The notes under the pieces were generated by a model. It saw only the letters and a list, made by a program, of their open reading frames with translations, was not told where the DNA came from and searched no databases. From contig CBDATS010000005.1 of the NCBI GenBank assembly GCA_965200245.1, positions 288,001 to 352,000 on the forward strand: 64,000 nt of DNA. Direction: 5' to 3'. This document shows, piece after piece, positions 61,214 to 64,000 of this stretch. A program made the translations under genes and the position numbers. Numbering within the stretch: position 1 is the stretch's first letter; the number at the start of each line of letters is the position of its first letter. The stretch is from a bacterium (GTDB lineage: Bacteria > UBA8248).

Positions 61214-62473
61214 ATGGGCAGGATAATCAGGCACGTCATTCTTGGGTTTGCGTTGCTCCTCGCGGTGAGTATCGCTTTCACGCCTTCGGCACGGGCGGCC
61301 AAAGAAGTAAAGATCGGCTTCAGCATGGCGCTGACCGGGCCGCTCGGCCCCGCGGGCAAGGCGGCGCTTCTGGCCATGCAGATATGGCGCGACGACGTAA
61401 ACGCCAAGGGCGGATTGTTGGGCCGGAAGGTCAAGCTAGTATACTATGACGATCAGACGAAACCAGCCAATGTTCCCGGCATCTACGCCAAACTGCTCGA
61501 CGTGGACAAGGTGGACTTCATCGTCTCGGGCTACGGAACGAACCTCATCGTTCCCGCCCTGCCTATAGCCATGGAACGGGGCATGGTGTTCATGGGCCTG
61601 TTCGGTCTGGATGCGAACGCGAAGTTCAAATACAACAATTACTTCCAAATCATGCCGGCCGGCCCCGACCCGATTGTGGACTGGTCGAGCGGCTTTTTTG
61701 AACTCGCCGCGAGGCAAAAACCCCGCCCCAAGACAATAGCGCTGCTCTCGGCAGATTCCGAGTTCGCGCGCAACGCCGTGGCCGGTGCCCGCCGCAACGC
61801 GAAGAAATATGGCTTCAAGGTGGTCTACGACCAACGCTACCCCTTCCCCGGGACAACCGACTTCACGCCAATTCTGCGCGCCGTCAAGGCCGCGAACCCG
61901 GATCTCTTCTACGTGGGTTCCTACCCGGGCGGTTCGGTGGGCATTGTGAAGGCCGCACATGAGATCGGCCTGGAACCCAAGCTCTTCGGGGGCGGCATGG
62001 TGGGACTTCAGTACACTGCCATCCAGATGAACCTCGGCAAGCTGTTGAACGGCATCACGAACTACTGGTTCTGGGCGCCGGAGAAAACCCTGAAGTTCCC
62101 CGGCATTGAGGCCTTCCTGGCGAAATACCAGAAAGAAGCGCCCAAGCAGAAACTCGACCCGCTGGGCTACTACCTGCCACCTTTCGCCTATGCCTACGTA
62201 CAGCTGCTCGGCAATGCGATCGAGGCCACCAAGAGCTTCGATCAGGCGAAGATCGGCGCCTACATCCGCAACAACACCCATTCCACCGTGGTCGGAAACG
62301 TGAAGTTCGGCAAGAACGGCGAGTGGGCGACTTCCCGGACGTTCCAGGTGCAACTCCAGAACATCACAAGCAACAAGATGAGCGAGTTCAGCAAAGAAGG
62401 CAAAATGGTCGTGCTGTATCCTGATGAATTCAAATCCGGAAACCTCATCTACCCATACGCGAAAGGCAAGTAA
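61214..62473 (+). CDS. Branched-chain amino acid-type ABC substrate-binding protein
   Basis: Signal peptide, LTGP, NAKGGLLGR, YDD. Confidence 0.9.
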   Translation: MGRIIRHVILGFALLLAVSIAFTPSARAAKEVKIGFSMALTGPLGPAGKAALLAMQIWRDDVNAKGGLLGRKVKLVYYDDQTKPANVPGIYAKLLDVDKVDFIVSGYGTNLIVPALPIAMERGMVFMGLFGLDANAKFKYNNYFQIMPAGPDPIVDWSSGFFELAARQKPRPKTIALLSADSEFARNAVAGARRNAKKYGFKVVYDQRYPFPGTTDFTPILRAVKAANPDLFYVGSYPGGSVGIVKAAHEIGLEPKLFGGGMVGLQYTAIQMNLGKLLNGITNYWFWAPEKTLKFPGIEAFLAKYQKEAPKQKLDPLGYYLPPFAYAYVQLLGNAIEATKSFDQAKIGAYIRNNTHSTVVGNVKFGKNGEWATSRTFQVQLQNITSNKMSEFSKEGKMVVLYPDEFKSGNLIYPYAKGK

Positions 62474-62491
62474 CGAACCGGACATAAAATC

Positions 62492-62522
62492 CAGGCCGGG
62501 GGAGACATCTTCCCCCGGCCTG
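62492..62522 (+). other. Intercistronic GC-rich stem-loop after the binding-protein gene
   Basis: CAGGCCGGGGGA-GACATCT-TCCCCCGGCCTG, no U-tract; typical of mRNA-stabilising hairpins in ABC operons. Confidence 0.6.
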
Positions 62523-62549
62523 CTTACGGCTCGTCGCAGGGGGGTAACC

Positions 62550-63422
62550 ATGCTCAGCTTCGAATTCCTGTTGAACGCACTTATAGCGGGCATCCTGCTG
62601 GGGGGCTTCTACGCCGCAATAAGCGCTGGGCTTTCGCTCTCCTTCGGTTTACTGGACGTCGTGAACATCGCTCATCCGGCATTCATTCTCTTCGGCTCCT
62701 ATCTGACCTTCTACGTGAACGAGCACTTCGGATTGGACCCGGTACTCGCCGGTCTCGTCTTTGCTGTTCCCTCCTATTTCGTGGGCGTCGCGGTCTATCG
62801 CATCTACTACAACAGCTTCGAGAAGACGGGGGCGGAATCCCTGCGCGGACTGGTTTTCTTTTTCGGACTCTTTTTCCTTATCGAGGTCATCCTCATCATC
62901 ACCTTCGGTGTGGACTACCGCCTCGTCCGCGCGTTTTATATCGGCAAGTCCACCTCCATCGGATCGGTGGGAATCGCCTACAGGTTGTTCGTGCCCTTCC
63001 TCATGGGAGGGATACTTGCGATCGTTCTGTACCTGTTTCTCACAAAAACCTTTTTCGGGCGCGCCATCATGGGTGTGGCGCAGGACAGCCTCGCCGTCCA
63101 GCTCATGGGAGTGGATCCGATACGCATCAAGACGGTCGCCTTCGGCATCGGCATCGCCACGGCCGTACTCGCGGGGTCTTTACTCATCATTATCGGCCCG
63201 GTCGAGCCGACCATCGGACGGGAGTACATCGGCCGCGTGTTCGCGGTCACCGTCCTCGGCGGGCTGGGCAGCATGACGGGTACGCTCGTGGGCGCGCTTA
63301 TCCTGGGTGTCGCAGAGAGTTTCACCTCTTCGTTCTTCGGTCCCTCCTGGGCTCTGGCCGTCTCGTTCGGTATCCTGCTCATCTGCCTGGCGGTCCGGCC
63401 GTCCGGCCTGTTCGGGAGATAG
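62550..63422 (+). CDS. ABC permease (LivH-like)
   Basis: GLSLSFG..VVNIAH, FGRAI, VLGGLGS, RPSGLFG. Confidence 0.9.
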   Translation: MLSFEFLLNALIAGILLGGFYAAISAGLSLSFGLLDVVNIAHPAFILFGSYLTFYVNEHFGLDPVLAGLVFAVPSYFVGVAVYRIYYNSFEKTGAESLRGLVFFFGLFFLIEVILIITFGVDYRLVRAFYIGKSTSIGSVGIAYRLFVPFLMGGILAIVLYLFLTKTFFGRAIMGVAQDSLAVQLMGVDPIRIKTVAFGIGIATAVLAGSLLIIIGPVEPTIGREYIGRVFAVTVLGGLGSMTGTLVGALILGVAESFTSSFFGPSWALAVSFGILLICLAVRPSGLFGR

Positions 63423-63426
63423 TTTC

Positions 63427-64000
63427 TTGAACAAGGAAAGAACACTTTTCCTCATCGTGGCCGTCGTGCTGATCATCGGATCATTCGTCATCACGACCCA
63501 GATGGAGAACCGCTTCTACTACAAGGCAGCCTACGTCGTCTTGCAGTATGTCGTCCTGGCGACTGCATGGAATATCCTAGGCGGCTACACCGGATATGTA
63601 AACTTCGGCACCGCGGCTTTCTTCGCTATGGGCGCCTACACCGCTGTGGCACTCATCAAGACATGGAAGCCACCCCTGTACGTTCTGCTCGTCACAGGGG
63701 GCCTTGTTTCGGGACTTCTGGGGCTCGGTATCGGCTACCTCACTTTAAGACTCAAGGGTGTCTTCTTTTCCATCGCCACGCTCGCGCTGGCTGTCGTGCT
63801 CCAGATGCTCATCTCGAACTGGAGTTACGTGGGCGGGGGTGCGGGCACGGCCATACTGAAACCCAGGAGTGTGCCGCTGTTCTCGAACTACGACGAGTTC
63901 CTCTTTTTCGTCATGGCGGCGCTCGCTGTGGTCTCCGTGGCCATCGCCTGGCTCATCGAGAAATCCTGGGTCGGACGGGGGATGGCCGCCATTCGTGACA
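63427..64000 (+). CDS. ABC permease (LivM-like), 3' truncated
   Basis: TTG 63427; AWNILGGYTGYVNFGTAAFF, LRLKGVFFSIATLA; open to window end (not in ORF track). Confidence 0.85.
   Translation, partial: MNKERTLFLIVAVVLIIGSFVITTQMENRFYYKAAYVVLQYVVLATAWNILGGYTGYVNFGTAAFFAMGAYTAVALIKTWKPPLYVLLVTGGLVSGLLGLGIGYLTLRLKGVFFSIATLALAVVLQMLISNWSYVGGGAGTAILKPRSVPLFSNYDEFLFFVMAALAVVSVAIAWLIEKSWVGRGMAAIRD

Noticed and set aside
1-64000. Genome-wide TGA reassignment (code 4/25), CRISPR arrays, IS elements, prophage
   Set aside because: Many conserved genes (priA, aceE, aceF, queC) end at TGA at the expected length; no regularly spaced repeats, transposase or integrase motifs were seen by eye

Overview
This is a gene-dense, fairly GC-rich bacterial chromosomal window. 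It holds housekeeping genes (priA, queC, metX, sdhCAB, aceEF, tRNA-Val(CAC), tRNA-Asn(GTT)), many catabolic or redox enzymes and transporters, and no integrase, transposase or CRISPR array that I can see. The main hidden signal is four thioredoxin-fold genes that the ORF track splits or truncates at an in-frame TGA. In each, the TGA sits exactly at the catalytic Cys position and is followed by a SECIS-like hairpin whose loop starts 16-23 nt downstream. They are two DsbA/FrnE-like proteins (UPFC and UPWA), an exported TlpA/DipZ-like redoxin (UINC) heading a cytochrome b + Tat molybdo-oxidoreductase (MsrPQ-like) operon, and a glutaredoxin(UYTC)-DinB fusion. Other unusual items: a Nudix-HpnC-HpnD triple fusion next to hpnE, MetX fused to a NIL domain, an archaeal/eukaryotic-type ribosomal eL13 domain on a long acidic protein, an orphan NHLP/proteusin-type RiPP precursor, a cold-shock gene with an amber codon at a conserved Gln, and decayed hicB-like and ispF-like relics beside the two tRNAs. 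All family assignments come from motif recognition by eye; no database searches were run.
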